A DNA stretch of 64,000 bases from Octopus sinensis (Eukaryota). A program made the position numbers and the translations under genes. The first letter of the stretch is position 1. Every line of letters starts with the position of its first letter. The DNA is taken from the NCBI RefSeq assembly GCF_006345805.1, contig NC_043021.1:4464001-4528000 (forward strand), given 5' to 3'. Under the pieces are notes generated by a model. That model was not told where the DNA came from, made no database searches, and saw only the letters and a list, made by a program, of their open reading frames with translations. This document shows, piece by piece, positions 23,578-61,969 of the stretch.

Positions 23578-24440
23578 CTCATCAATCGTCTAAGAGCTAT
23601 TTTATACTAATACTGCTTCTGTTGCGTATAACAAACACACATATACATACGCACGCACACACACACACACACACATTAAAAACAAAAGAAAATACTTTGG
23701 AAACTTTAAACTTTATCATGAATAAAAGGAAAAATATTTACAATTTTATCAAATCATGCTACCGGTTTCAATGACTTTTATTCACATATTTTTTTTTTAA
23801 TTGGTTTAGATTCAGATACAAATTACTTTATTTTTAAAGTTCAGGGTTTATGCAATAATGCTCACTCTTACGTTAAACATATTGATTACAGTTTCATGTG
23901 CGGACGGTGTGATGGTCTTTATTCACTCAAGCTTTGCTGCAATTCCTTGTGCTGTCAGTGGAAGACTCAACGACTTTTAAAATAATACAAGATAGAAAGT
24001 TTCTGTGATTTAAAGAACCATCCCAATCACACTTGGTTGGCTCCATGTTTACGTTAAAATCATAAATCTGTGGAATATTCAGTGAGCGGCGCAAAAGTAC
24101 AATGAATAAAGGTTGCTGACCAAACAGCTAGAATACTCAAAACGTGACAGTAGAGCAGATAGCCACTTCTTCACTAACATATCCTTTCTTATCACTAATT
24201 GCATTTTTTTTATATATTTGTTATTAATATGTTAAATAGTATGTGTTTATTGTTGTTGTTGAATTCATCCAATAATAAGAAAAAAAGTAACTTTGTTTTT
24301 CGCTCCGTGAAATTTTCTTTTCGTTTTTTTTTTTTTGTTTTATATAATCTCACTTTTGTATTACGAAAAAAAAACTTGGACTTAATAAAAGAAAACATCA
24401 TCGTGTTTACTTGATTATTATATATATATATTTATATTAT

Positions 24441-24477
<37 letters not shown>

Positions 24478-24675
24478 GTATATAAAAGATACGCGGAGTT
24501 TTCATCAGGGTGACTCAAACTAATAGGTATGCGCTCAGAGTGCTCAAATCTTGTATGCCACTAAAATTCCGCTTTGAACTGCAGTTGAAGATGTGGTTTT
24601 GTAACCGCATTTCTAAAGCGGCTGGAAGTGCCTTCCCATTGAGTTAGTAGGTATAGATTAAAGCAGAAAAGAAGA

Positions 24676-25175
24676 GAAAGCAAACAGTTTAGCGAGACTT
24701 GGCAAGGACATTTAATTTAGCTATATAATAAAAGTTTTAGATCGTCTCAGACAGCTGTTTCTAGAATATCCTAGCTATTGGACCATCTTGTCGAGCGAGG
24801 GTTCCATATGCTGAGCATACCATCCTCGGTGAGAGATAGGTTAAACATATTTAACTGTGAAAGAAAATTCATTTGGTAAATCCATCTTCATGGATTTACC
24901 TTCATGAATGCCCTTTTTAATTGGACTTAAGTGAATTTCTACTCCCTTTCTAGACATAATGAACCTCAATAAATATCACTGATGACGAATTTTCTTCCAC
25001 TGTTACATATGTCTAAACTATCTCTTTCTGATGACGGAACATATGGAATCATCGCTCCTCACGATGTCCTAATAGCTGGGGTAAATCTAGAAATAGCTGC
25101 ATGAGACTGCCTAAACATTTTATTATATAGCCATATTAAATGTTTTTGTCAAGTCTTGCCAAAATGTTTGCTTTC
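24676..25175. mobile_element. Old foldback/MITE with about 190-bp diverged inverted arms
   Basis: 24676-24870 aligns by eye to the reverse complement of 24987-25175 with many mismatches. Confidence 0.6.
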
Positions 25176-25191
25176 TTTTTTCTGCATGTAT

Positions 25192-25233
<42 letters not shown>

Positions 25234-25424
25234 GCACTCATATATATATATATATATACATGCATCTATATACACGTATATGTCATCATCATCATCATCA
25301 TCATCACCATCATCATCATCGTTGTTATACTATACTTTCATTATTATTGTCATTAAGTGTTAGTTTTTCATGCTAAATTTTGTTCTTGTAATTTTTTTCA
25401 GAATACACACACACACAAACACAC

Positions 25425-25466
<42 letters not shown>

Positions 25467-25922
25467 TATATATACATATATGTGTGTGTGTGTGTGTGTG
25501 TATTGTTATAAATATATCAATTAATAAATATATGGTTATGATTACGCATGCATGCTAATGTATGTTTATAAGCACACATACATATACACCACGCACACAC
25601 ACACACACTCATACACGCACACTTATGAACGTATGCATCTATGAAAGGCAGTTATCGCTATTGGATTTATTTACATAGATTGCATATATATTCGAAAAAA
25701 ATAAAGATATATCGTGAAATCTTTCCCCAGCCAGTTTTTGTAAATGCATCGCTGGTTAGTACAACCCATTCGCATAAATACGATCACACATACACACATG
25801 CGCGCGCGCACCTCAGTGTTTCGCATCAACAATCATCAGAAAAACTGAACTTTTGAAGAATTCAATCGTTTATAAATGTCTATAAATGGTAATTTGATAA
25901 TTGGTAAATCATTTAATAGACA

Positions 25923-26296
25923 CTAGCACTATGACCCGGCAACGCCGGGTCATAGTGCTAGTGCATGCATATACAGCTGCGTGCGTGCGCACATACACGC
26001 GAGTACTGTCCAAATCTCCGACCAATCACATACAGCTAGCTGGCATTCAATTGGCCTATCAAGTTTCGGGCATTTTGATTGAGTTTTGGATAGAAAATTC
26101 ACAAAAAAGTCACTTCTATTGATTTTTTTAAATGGCTTTGCGGGGTGACTGGGGAAATGTAAAGATGTGCACGACCACCCTTGGACGGTTTTGAATGACC
26201 ATAGAAAGTGCGAGCCCTCTAACTGAAAAATTGTGGATTTGTATAAAGGACACACACACAGATACAGACATTTTGCCGTTTATATATAGAGAGAGA
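25923..26296 (-). mobile_element. Non-autonomous Helitron-like element (family 2)
   Basis: 5' A|TCtctctatatataaa, 3' hairpin cccggc-gtt-gccggg then CTAG|T. Confidence 0.7.
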
Positions 26297-26493
26297 TTTA
26301 GCGCTGATTAGACAGAGGGTTACGACTTTCTAAACTAATGGAATCTTTTGGATAAAATAACTGACGGACGATGAATGGCAAAATAAACATTAAAGGCAAG
26401 GAAACGCTGAATAAGTCTGAATGACACAAATCTCATTACACGGCGTAATAGTTGCAAATGGAAAAAGAAATTATTTAGAAATTAAGAAATTAA

Positions 26494-26892
26494 GGTGCAG
26501 GAGTGGCTGTGTGGTAAGTAGCTTGCTAACCAACCACATGGTTCCGGGTTCAGTCCCACTGCGTGGCATCTTGGGCAAGTGTCTTCTGCTATAGCCCCGG
26601 TCCGACCAAAGCCTTGTGAGTGGATTTGGTAGACGGAAACTGAAAGAAGCCTGTCGTATATATATGTATATATATATAAGTGTGTGTCTGTGTTTGTCCC
26701 CCTAGCATTGCTTGACAACCGATGCTGGTGTGTTTACGTCGCCGTTACTTAGCGGTTCGGCAAAAGAGACCGATAGAATAAGTACTGGGCTTACAAAGAA
26801 TAAGTCCTGGGGTCGATTTGCTCGACTAAAGGTGGTGCTCCAGCATGGCCGCAGTCAAATGACTGAAACAAGTAAAAGAGTAAAAAAGAGTA
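26494..26892 (+). mobile_element. SINE family B, full-length
   Basis: Same structure as other B copies. Confidence 0.85.
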
Positions 26893-27081
26893 AATTTACG
26901 AAAAATATTTGTCATTAAAAAATAAAAATGATGAATGATTATTGCAAAACAATTACGTAATTTTGTCATAGGAAAAAAATTGAGCGAAAGTGTTTGTGTG
27001 AAAGAAAACGAAAGAAAAAGAAGGGTAAAGGAAAAAGTAATACTGGAAAGATAGAAGGGAGAGTTAAGCGCTGCTATACAA

Positions 27082-27295
27082 CCGAGCTGGGAGAAACGTT
27101 AGCACGCCGGGCGAAATGCGTAGCCGTTACGTTCTGAGTTCAAATTCCGCCGAGGTCGACTTTGCCGTTCATCCTTTCGGAGTCGATAAATTAAGTACCA
27201 GTTACGCACTGGGGTCGATGTAATCGACTTAGTTCGTTTGTCTGTCGTTGTTTGTCCTCTCTGTGTGTAGCCCCTTGTGGGTAGTAAAGAAACAG
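27082..27295 (+). mobile_element. SINE family A copy
   Basis: Head and body match family A. Confidence 0.8.
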
Positions 27296-28294
27296 ATACA
27301 ACCTTAGTTATGTTGATAGTATGTACAACACACACACACACACACGCACACATTCATAGGAGAGGAGAGAAGGTATGGACGATTAGAAAGTATGCATTAG
27401 ACAGAGTAATTAGATAGAAAGAGATGTTAAGTTGCTTTAATTGTGTGCAATGAAAGCAATAAAAAAAAAAAAAAAATACAGGTACGGAAAATTTGATATA
27501 TTTTTGTTTTCATCGCACCCGACAAGTAGCGTGTAATGCTTTCTAATCGCTCCTAGCTCCCTAATTTCAACGTTTAACTTTCCCATCCCTTCTCCAAACA
27601 TTACCTTTTCCTTTACATTTTTTTACCCTTTATTTTATCTTAGACAGCCTTTTTTTCACTCACTGTTTATATATGTATCTTTTAAAATTCATTTTCTCTC
27701 ATTTTTAATTATTTATACATCGTAAATTCTTAATTTCTGCAAAGGTATTTTTCCTTTGCTGCAAATATACCAACATGGAGAGAAGCCTCTCTCGGACTCG
27801 TAACCGCAACATCACATCACTCTTCGAAGACTATGCATTTGCACTCCAGCGAAGCCCTTGGATTTCCAAGATACAATCATAATTGTAGATTAACATATGC
27901 TCTACATAATACAGTTTACATTTCTCATTTTAACTCACCTTTTACAAATTTATTAGGTATTGTTTCTCGTCAATGGTCAATCTTATAATCCATCAGGTTC
28001 CATTAATTTTGAAATTCCATAACTACCTGTCCAATCAGCGTTAAATGTTTATTTGACGATTTACCAAATAATTATTACTGCACCGTTTGTAAACCTTTAT
28101 AAACCTTTGTATTGTTCCAAAAGGTCAATTCTGTCTGATGATCTCTTACGTGAAACCCTCAGTAATAGTTTGTTAAGTTTTTCAGCTCCAATAAAATACT
28201 ATATTTTACTTTACATTTAGTATTATGTACACACATAAACGCGCGCGCATGCACACATATATATGTATATATTTGTGTGTACACACACACACAC

Positions 28295-28351
<57 letters not shown>

Positions 28352-28598
28352 CATGCATGCATGCTTACATTCATACGTGCAAAACAACATATGTTTTAAC
28401 AACAACAACATACACAAATTTTGTTCTTCGTACTTTCAATATAATACATTTTAGATACTCCTGTTTGTAATATTCGTCAAACGTGGTTAATCGGCTCAAC
28501 CAGGAGCATCATAGTCACCGCTATCATAACCCGAACCATCTCCTCACACAACCTTTAATACTTTCGCTGCATTCCATCCACATCACCCATTTGATGCT

Positions 28599-52811
<24,213 letters not shown>

Positions 52812-53018
52812 TTTTTTTTTACTGGGTACGAGTTTGCACTATTAGGAGTAGGAGGGAGAGTGTCTGTGTTATGTTATTATTGTTACATATATACGGGTGT
52901 AGCGATTTGTTGAGTTGAATCGACGAGGCAGTATTTTCGGGGAAAAATCCACCACAACTGAAAAAGACAAGAAAAGGGAAATTTATATACATATGTATGT
53001 TATGTATGTATGTGTGTG

Positions 53019-53061
<43 letters not shown>

Positions 53062-53668
53062 CAGAGAGAGAGAGAGGTAGCAATATATGTTAACCCAATT
53101 AGGCTTGACATATACATATATATATTTATATATGTATATATGTGTGTGTTTGTGTGTATATACATATATTCAGAAAGATAAATACGTATACACACACACA
53201 CACACACACACACACATATGCAAATATATTCACGTGGAGCATAAAAATACAGAATACTAAGAAAATACATAATTTCTTAACTCGACAACTGTTTCAGGAA
53301 GCTCAGAGTTACGTAATAATTGTAATAGACACAATTTTCTGCTGAAACATGCAAAAAGTCCTGGTATGAAATTAGAAACAGTCCGATGTTACAGAGATTT
53401 AAATGTAATAATTTTTATCCAGTGAGGAAATAGGATTAGGAAGCCATTATTTTTGCGCTCGACGAAAGTAATCATTTTAACCAAAATGAAACCAATGCGT
53501 GTGAGACTACACATATACAGAATGATAAACGGTGTGATTAATATATATATTATATATATATTATATATATATATATATTATATAATATATATATATATAT
53601 TGGTAAAACGGTAAGATAACAAAAGAAAGAAAGAGACCTCAATATTATGTAAATAGAGGAAATTTATC

Positions 53669-53829
53669 TATACAATAATATGTTACATTACTCGATAGTC
53701 AAGATAAAACTGAGTTTCAGATGCCGAAGTGGAAATCCACAACACCATCTCTTCGGTTATCTGGCTAGTTGAAAACGCTATTTGAAACTCAGAGTTTTAT
53801 CTTGACTATCGAGTAATGTAACATATATT

Positions 53830-53837
<8 letters not shown>
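53669..53837. mobile_element. About 52-bp inverted repeat with 63-nt spacer in (TA)n, Penelope-like remnant
   Basis: 53669-53719 versus 53783-53837. Confidence 0.6.
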
Positions 53838-53872
<35 letters not shown>

Positions 53873-53878
53873 TATATT

Positions 53879-54099
53879 TACTCTTTTTTGTTTTTACTTG
53901 TTTCAGTCAGTTGACTGTGGCCATGCTGGAGCACCGCCTTTAGTCGAGCAATCGACCCCAGGACTAATTCTTTGGAGGCCTAGTACTTATATTATCGGTC
54001 TCTTTTACCGAACCGCTAGGTTGCTGGGACGTAAACACACCACCATCGGTTGTCAAGCGATGTTGGGGGGACAAACACAAACATATACACATACATACA

Positions 54100-54133
<34 letters not shown>

Positions 54134-54198
54134 CAACGGGCTTCTTTCAGTTTCCGTCTACCAAATCCACTCACAAGGCTTTGGCCGGCCTGGGGCTA
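53879..54198 (-). mobile_element. SINE family B, 5'-truncated
   Basis: Tail and body match family B. Confidence 0.75.
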
Positions 54199-54802
54199 TA
54201 TATATGAGGGCGCATGGCCTAGTGGTTAGGGTGTTGCACTCACAATCGCGAGATCGTGATTTCAATTCCTAGACAGGGTAGTGCGTTGTGTTCTTGAGCA
54301 AAACACTTCATCTCACGTTACTCTGCTATCACTTCGATACCTGATGAGTGGTGCACAGTGCACCTGTTCAAGCAACGTCGATTTAATGGAGGGAGTGAGC
54401 TCACGTACGACAAATACATTTATCATTATAAAACAAATCATTTGCGTAAGTCGTTTGGCAAAAGCTGAACGCTCATACATTGTCTTCAACAGCAGTGCAT
54501 TAGATCTATCTGCTTGCCTGTCTGTCTGTCTGTCTGCCTGTTTGTCTGTCTGTATACACACACACACACTTATAAATGAGTGTGTATGTGGTTATGTATG
54601 TGTATTTAACCCCGAAAGGCTCTGAATCTGTGCATCCTGGAGAAAAAGGATTTCGATTTTCGAAATCTGCGTCCCAAACAGGAGGTTGTGCGTAAATAAT
54701 AATAAAAATATATATATTTTGTTGAGAGAAACAACACAACCTTTAGATCGACAAATCTCTTACTCTCTATCTGTCACCATCAGTCTTTCTCTATTTTACG
54801 TC

Positions 54803-54876
<74 letters not shown>

Positions 54877-55370
54877 ACATATATGTCCATGTATGTATGT
54901 GTGTGTATGTGTATATGTATACATACACACACACACATATATATATTATGTATGTATGTATGTATGTATGTATGTATGTATGTATGTATGTATGTCAGAT
55001 CCCTTGTGAGGTCTCTCATGAGTGCTACTGGTCTCGTGGAATCCAATACAACCAGTTGCATGGTTGGGTCGTTGGCGACTAAACCGGCACCCCACAAATC
55101 TTACTGGTGAGGAGGGTTGCTAGAAACCCAGCAGGACTAAAAAGAACCTAACAAAAGGATTACTGAAACCAATGTAGGTTCGACGTCTATCCAGCAATTG
55201 TACGGACACTTAGAAATTCTGTGTTGACTTACAGCGTACAGGAAGAATACGAGGAGTAAGGCGTCCCTCACCTTTTGCTAAAGCATTTCTGTAGGAAAAG
55301 GTCACTCTGATATAAACGAGGATATGCAAGGAATGGCATTAGACATTTTAGGGATGTTTACTTACGCCTG

Positions 55371-55698
55371 TGAAGGCGCGTGGCTTAGTGGTTAGGGCAT
55401 TCGGCTCATGATTGTAAGGTCGTGAGTTCGATTCCCGGCGACGCGTTCAGTCCTTGAGCAAGACACTTTATTTCACGTTGCACCAGTCCACTCAGCTGGC
55501 AAAAATGAGTTGTACCTCTATTTCGAAGAGCCGGCCTTGTCACACTTTGTGTCACACTGAATCTCCCTGAGAACTAGGTTAGGGGTACGCGTGTCTGTTG
55601 AGTACTCAGTCACTTGCATGTTAATTTCATGAGCAGGCTGTTCCGTTGATCGTATCAGCTGGGACTCTCGTCGTCGTAACCGACGGAGTGATCCTATA
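55371..55698 (+). mobile_element. tRNA-headed SINE (C-related) with 12-bp TSD tacttacgcctg
   Basis: TSD at 55359-55370 and 55699-55710. Confidence 0.85.
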
Positions 55699-55845
55699 TA
55701 CTTACGCCTGAAATCATGACGATCTCACATTCTTGAACTTGCGACCCATGTTGGCAAGGATATCTTGCCTTAGCTTGTTGAGGGAAACTACGAGGTGTAG
55801 TGCAAGCCTTATTGGACCTAAAAATTTTGTCAGTAAGTCATATTC

Positions 55846-56258
55846 TATTTCTTTACTACCCACAAGGGGCTAAACACAGGGAGGACAAACAAGGACAGAC
55901 AAACGGATTAAGTCGATTACATCGACCCCAGTGCGTAACTGGTACTTAATTTATCGACCCCGAAAGGATGAAAGGCAAAGTCGACCTCGGCGGAATTTGA
56001 ACTCAGAATGTAACGGCAGATGAAATACCTATTTCTTTATTACCCACGAGGGGCTAAACATAGAGGGGACAAACAAGGACAGACATAGGTATTAAGTCGA
56101 TTACATCGACCCCAGTGCGTAACTGGTACTTAATTTATCGACCCCGAAAGGATGAAAGGCAAAGTCGACCTCGGCGTAATTTGAACTCAGAATGTAACGG
56201 CAGACGAAATACCGCTAAGCATTTCGCCCGGCGTGCTAACGTTTCTGCCAGCTCGCCG
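55846..56258 (-). mobile_element. SINE family A, two tandem bodies
   Basis: Junction at 56028/56029. Confidence 0.82.
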
Positions 56259-56999
56259 CGACTCATATTCGTCTACGAGTTGACAACCATCGCGTCTGTT
56301 GTGATGCAGTTTGGCAAAATTTCTATGAAGGTATCGCCTTGGTTTGAACATCATAACATACTCCCGAGACTTAATTTGCATGTGTGTGAGTGTTGTACGT
56401 GCGTGTGTGTGATAGAAAACCGTTTTCATCGTCGATATATACAGGTGTGCATTCTTTATACTCGTATTGGAGATTAAAGCTTCAATAAAAATGTTGGGAT
56501 GAATCTTTTTATAGGTAGGTTAACACGCAAAAAATGTCGATATTTATTAAGTAAAACACAGGGGACGCGTTGTAGTTGTTGTTGTTTGCGGTGGTGCTGG
56601 TAGTGAGGACGGATGTGACGGCAAAACGTCGTCACTAAATCTTTGTAATCGTTCAACTTTCATGTCGAAATAGAATCAGGTTAATGGTATAACTGAACAC
56701 CAAATGAAATCACTGACACTGTATGTATGTATGTATGTATGATGTATGTATGTATGTATGTATGTATGTATGTATGTATGTATGTATGTATGTATGTATG
56801 TATGTATGTGTGTATGTATGTATGTATGTATGTGTGTACGTGTGTATGTATCGATATATAAATGTTTACACATACATACACAAACACACACACGCATTGT
56901 GTTTGGCGGTGCGATCACTGTGTAATGAAAATATGAGTAAAGGAGGTCCGTGGTATAAAGCCTTGTATATGTTTCTGTTTGTGTTGTGCGCGCGCGCAT

Positions 57000-57483
57000 A
57001 TATATATGATAAATATATATATTATATATATATATAGATATTATTATATAGATAATTATAGATATATAGATATATAGTATATGTATATATATACATATAT
57101 ATACATAATATATATATTATACATATATATACATATATATATATGTGTTATATATATATAATATATATCTATATATAGATATATATATATATAATATATA
57201 TAATATAGATATATATATTATATGTATATATATATACATATATATACATATATAGATATATATATATACATATATATACATATATATATGTGTTTGATAT
57301 ATATATAGGTATATATATTATATAGAATATATATATACATATATATATATTATATACACATATATATACATATATATATATGTGTTATATATATATATAT
57401 ATGTATATATATAGAGATATATATATATACATATATATATATACATATATAACATATATATATATATATAGATAATATATATC

Positions 57484-57579
<96 letters not shown>

Positions 57580-57713
57580 TCGTACACTGCACACACAATA
57601 CGAGAAAGATAGTGTGACTGAAGAAAGTGAGATAGACCAGAGAGAGAGAGAGAGGGGGAGAGAGGGAGAAAGGAGGGGGGAGGGGAGAGAGAGGGGAGAG
57701 AGAGAGAGGAGAG

Positions 57714-57751
<38 letters not shown>

Positions 57752-57841
57752 AGAGGAGCTATAGAATGACAAACGAAAAGCGAGGCAGAAAAAGATAGAT
57801 TTCAGAGAAAGAGAATGAGAAAGACCAAGAGAAAGAAACGA

Positions 57842-57872
<31 letters not shown>
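57000..57872. repeat. Long degenerate (TA)n tract followed by a (GA)n/G-rich polypurine tract
   Basis: Direct inspection. Confidence 0.85.
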
Positions 57873-57878
<6 letters not shown>

Positions 57879-58436
57879 TGTCTGTGCGTGTGGGCATGAA
57901 TACGCTTAGACAAGTAACTATCTGCACACTCTCTTGTTTGTTTTTCTTTCCACATGAATTCATTTCATTGTCTAGTTTTATCAATAACTATCGTCTGCTT
58001 TCTGTGAAAATTTGGCGGTCGGTATTGTTGTCGAAAATTGTCGTGATTTCTCCTTGTCACTCGCATTTGTGCTGTTCACTTGTTTGACTTATTTTATATT
58101 TTTAGTCAACAACAGATATCCATTCTCTAGTTTTCTTCAATGCTTCGTCATAGGAATTTTTATGTTCTCGTTTGAAGAAGAAAAAAAAAAAAGAAAGAAG
58201 AAAAAGGAAAAAAAAAAAGAGAAAAACCCCTAATCATTTCCAACAGAAGCAGAGGACTTGAAATCAGAGGAGGGAGCAGTCAATCAAATTGACGCTGGTA
58301 ATCAACTGGAATTTTATTCTATTGACCCATGAGGGATGAAAGCAAAGTTCAGCTAGACGTGATTTGAACACGGAAAATAAACCATTGTAAATAAATATCT
58401 CGACATTTCGGCTGAAGCTCTAACGATTCGAATAAT

Positions 58437-58853
58437 CTATTTCTTTACTACCCACAAAGAGCTAAACACAGAGAGGACAAACAAGGACAGACAAACGGAT
58501 TAAGTCGATTACATCGACCCCAGTGCGTAACTGGTACTTAATTTATCGACCCCGAAAGGAGATGAAAGGCAAAGTCGACCTCGGCGGAATTTGAACTCAG
58601 AAGTAAACGGCAGACGAAATACCTATTTCTATATTACCCACAAGGGGCTAAACACAGAGGGGACAAACAAGGACAGACATAGGTATTTAGTCGATTACAT
58701 CGACCCAGTGCGAACTGGTACTTAATTTATCGACCCCGAAAGGAGGAAAGGCAAAGTCGACCTCGGCGGAATTTGAACTCAGAACGTAGCTATAGACGAA
58801 ATACGGCTACGCATTTCGCCCGGCGTGCTAACGTTTCTGCCAGCTCGCCGCCT
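58437..58853 (-). mobile_element. SINE family A, two tandem bodies
   Basis: Junction at 58622/58623. Confidence 0.82.
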
Positions 58854-59061
58854 TCGATTCGAGTAATCTGTCCTAATAATAACTATTATTATAAAAACAG
58901 CAATAATAATTTTTTTTCCTAATTTTGGAATAGTCAACAATTTTAAGGGAGAAAGGGTAAATCGATTATATTAACTCAAGTACTGACTGATACTTATTTT
59001 ATCGAACTCGAAAAGATGAAAGGCAAGTCGATCGGCAGTATTTGAACTAAATACGTAAAGC

Positions 59062-59161
59062 NNNNNNNNNNNNNNNNNNNNNNNNNNNNNNNNNNNNNNN
59101 NNNNNNNNNNNNNNNNNNNNNNNNNNNNNNNNNNNNNNNNNNNNNNNNNNNNNNNNNNNNN
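59062..59161. other. Assembly gap (100 N) flanked by SINE A sequence
   Basis: Run of n. Confidence 0.99.
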
Positions 59162-59543
59162 TCGACCCGAAGGATGAAGGCAAAGTCAACTTCGGCGGAA
59201 TTTGGACTCAGAACGTAAAGACAGACGAAAACCACTAAGAATTTCGCCCGGCGTGCTAACGTTTCTTATTTCTTTATTGCCTACAAGGGGCTAAACATAG
59301 AGGGGAAAAACAAGGACAGACAAAGGGATTAAGTGGATTACATCGACCCCAGTGTGTAACTGGTGCTTAATTTATCGACCCCCGAAAGGATGAAAGGCAA
59401 AATCGAATTTGAACTCAGAACGTAATATATATGATGCATGCATCTGTATGTATGTTTTTTATGTATGTATGTATGTATTATGTATGTGTATGTATGTATT
59501 AGGTATTGTATGTATGCTGTATGTATGTATGTATGTATCTATG

Positions 59544-59599
<56 letters not shown>

Positions 59600-61199
59600 A
59601 AAAGTTATTTCTGCAGATTTTCTATAGAATTTAGAGCCAGCGCTGAAGGTTTCGACGTCTCGTAAACGAATACTTGTGTGTAAATAATGCGATTAAAGAT
59701 AGAAAAATATCTAATGAATGTATATGCATATTTCAGGAGTTCTTGATCTTTCTTCAGCGCCTCATCCGTCACGTTAACCATCCACAGATACATTGCTTGA
59801 ATAGCTAATAAATCTAGCGGTGTAACACTATTAAGTATACTAATTTTACATTGTAAACACATTCCTGGCAAATGGTAAGTATACATAATTGCTGGTAGTG
59901 TATTATAGTACTTGGTTGTATATTATGGCTTAACGAAATACGGTATTTCATATTAGTGGTGGTGGTTCCATTTATTTTAATCGTTTCCTATGTTATTTCA
60001 TTGAATGCGAAAAATAATTTTATTGGCGTATTTTATGGGCTTTTTTACAGTTCTCGTCTTTCTCTACAGCTTTTGATTATCATTTTTTGAATTTGAATAA
60101 ATTTTACCTCATTTTAGGCGTATGACAATGGAGTGCCAAGTTACAAAAAAAAAAAAATTATATCACATCTTGCATATAAAAATATTCTCGTGTATATCAT
60201 TCATTTCTAGCATTGGCTGTGCTGACGTAAGCCAAAAAAGAAAAGAAGTATTATCACCTTTTCAATGGTCATTCGCATGTAGTTGGCTTTTGGTGAATGA
60301 AAGTGTTTGATATTGCTACCCTTGTTTGAGTTTCTTGCTGGGACATATGGGACTTATGGGATTTTCCACAGCAGAAGGTCAAAGTGCAACTTGAAGACAT
60401 GTACTCCCACTCCATCTACATCCGTCATGTTTTTTGGCTATATAGTAAATAACAGTGGTCCTTTGCAAACAAGATAATATGTAACCGTCCTCCACACAAA
60501 TACATACACAGATGCATGCTAACCAAACCGTCTTTTTCATACACTTAACCTGTCTTACAACCTTAATTTCACAGTTCTTAACATGGCTCAAGGACAGATT
60601 ATTTGAACCCTGAGTTGAAAGCTTGAGCTTGATTCTTGCTTTTGTTTTTGTGTTCGTTATTCTCCTTTGCTGCCGTTGTGGCTGTTATTGTTGCTTCTGC
60701 TCTTGACGTTGTTGCTGTTGTTGCTGGTTCTGCTCTTGGTGCTGTTACTGTTGTTGTTGATGACGTCGTCGTCGTCGTTGTTGTTGTTGTTGTTGTTGTT
60801 CTTCTTCTTCTTCTTCTTCTTCTTCTTCTCCTTCTTCTTCTTCTTCTTCTTCTTCTTCTTCTACGCTATACTTGTTTATTACCGCAACCCCCTATTACGC
60901 TATACACACAACACACACCACACACACACAAATATATATATTATATATGTATATATATATACCACACACATATATATATATATAACACATATATTATACG
61001 TATCTATACGTGTGTGGTCTATATGAAAAAATATGTGAATGTAGTTCTCTCTCCTCTACCTCTGTATATATATATATATATATATTATATAATATAGAAT
61101 ATATATAATATATATATATATATACATTCATACATATATATACACACGCATCTGCATCTATACTCAGATGAATTCGAAAACGAATGCAGCATAACTAAT

Positions 61200-61516
61200 A
61201 TTCGAATTGCTATCTGAAGTACATACACATGCATACACACATACATACATACATACCTACATACATACATACATACATACATAATACATTACATTACATT
61301 ATACATACATACATACATATACATACATACATACATACATACATTACATACATACATTACATACAATACATACATATACATACATACATACATTCATACA
61401 TACATACATACGTACAACATACATACATACATACATAAATACATACATACATACATACATACATACATACATACATAATACATACATACATACATACTAC
61501 ATACATACATAATACA

Positions 61517-61547
<31 letters not shown>

Positions 61548-61645
61548 CATACATAAATACATACATACATACATACATACATACATACATACACACATAC
61601 ATACATACACACATACATACATACATACATACATACATACATACA
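61200..61645. repeat. (TACA)n microsatellite, degenerate
   Basis: Direct inspection. Confidence 0.9.
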
Positions 61646-61969
61646 AAGTGAATGCTAAATAGTGGTGGTTTACGGTTGGAATAGTCGAATACAGGAATAG
61701 TCGAATAAGCAGAAGAGGTATATGCGGAACATTTAGCTTCTCTTAATTGGCTGGAATATGGACGATTGCTATTGGCAATAAGAATGAGATTGTTTACTAA
61801 AGACAGCCTGCAGCTACGTACAGGCATTCTTTCGCACAGCAGTTTCTAGTAACAGATAATTGTCTGTTTGCTACATTTATGGTATGTTTCTGTTGGTAAA
61901 AGGGGAATTAAACAAAGCCAAATTGCTGGAGTTAGCTAGTTTATGCGTTTATGATATATACATATATAA

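Noticed and set aside
17521-28598. PolyA sites and 3'UTR ends for USP30 and ovo
   Set aside because: AATAAA-like hexamers are too frequent in this AT-rich DNA to choose without transcript data
54341-54380. CTGATGAG hammerhead start
   Set aside because: No GAAA after the following stem; lies within a SINE
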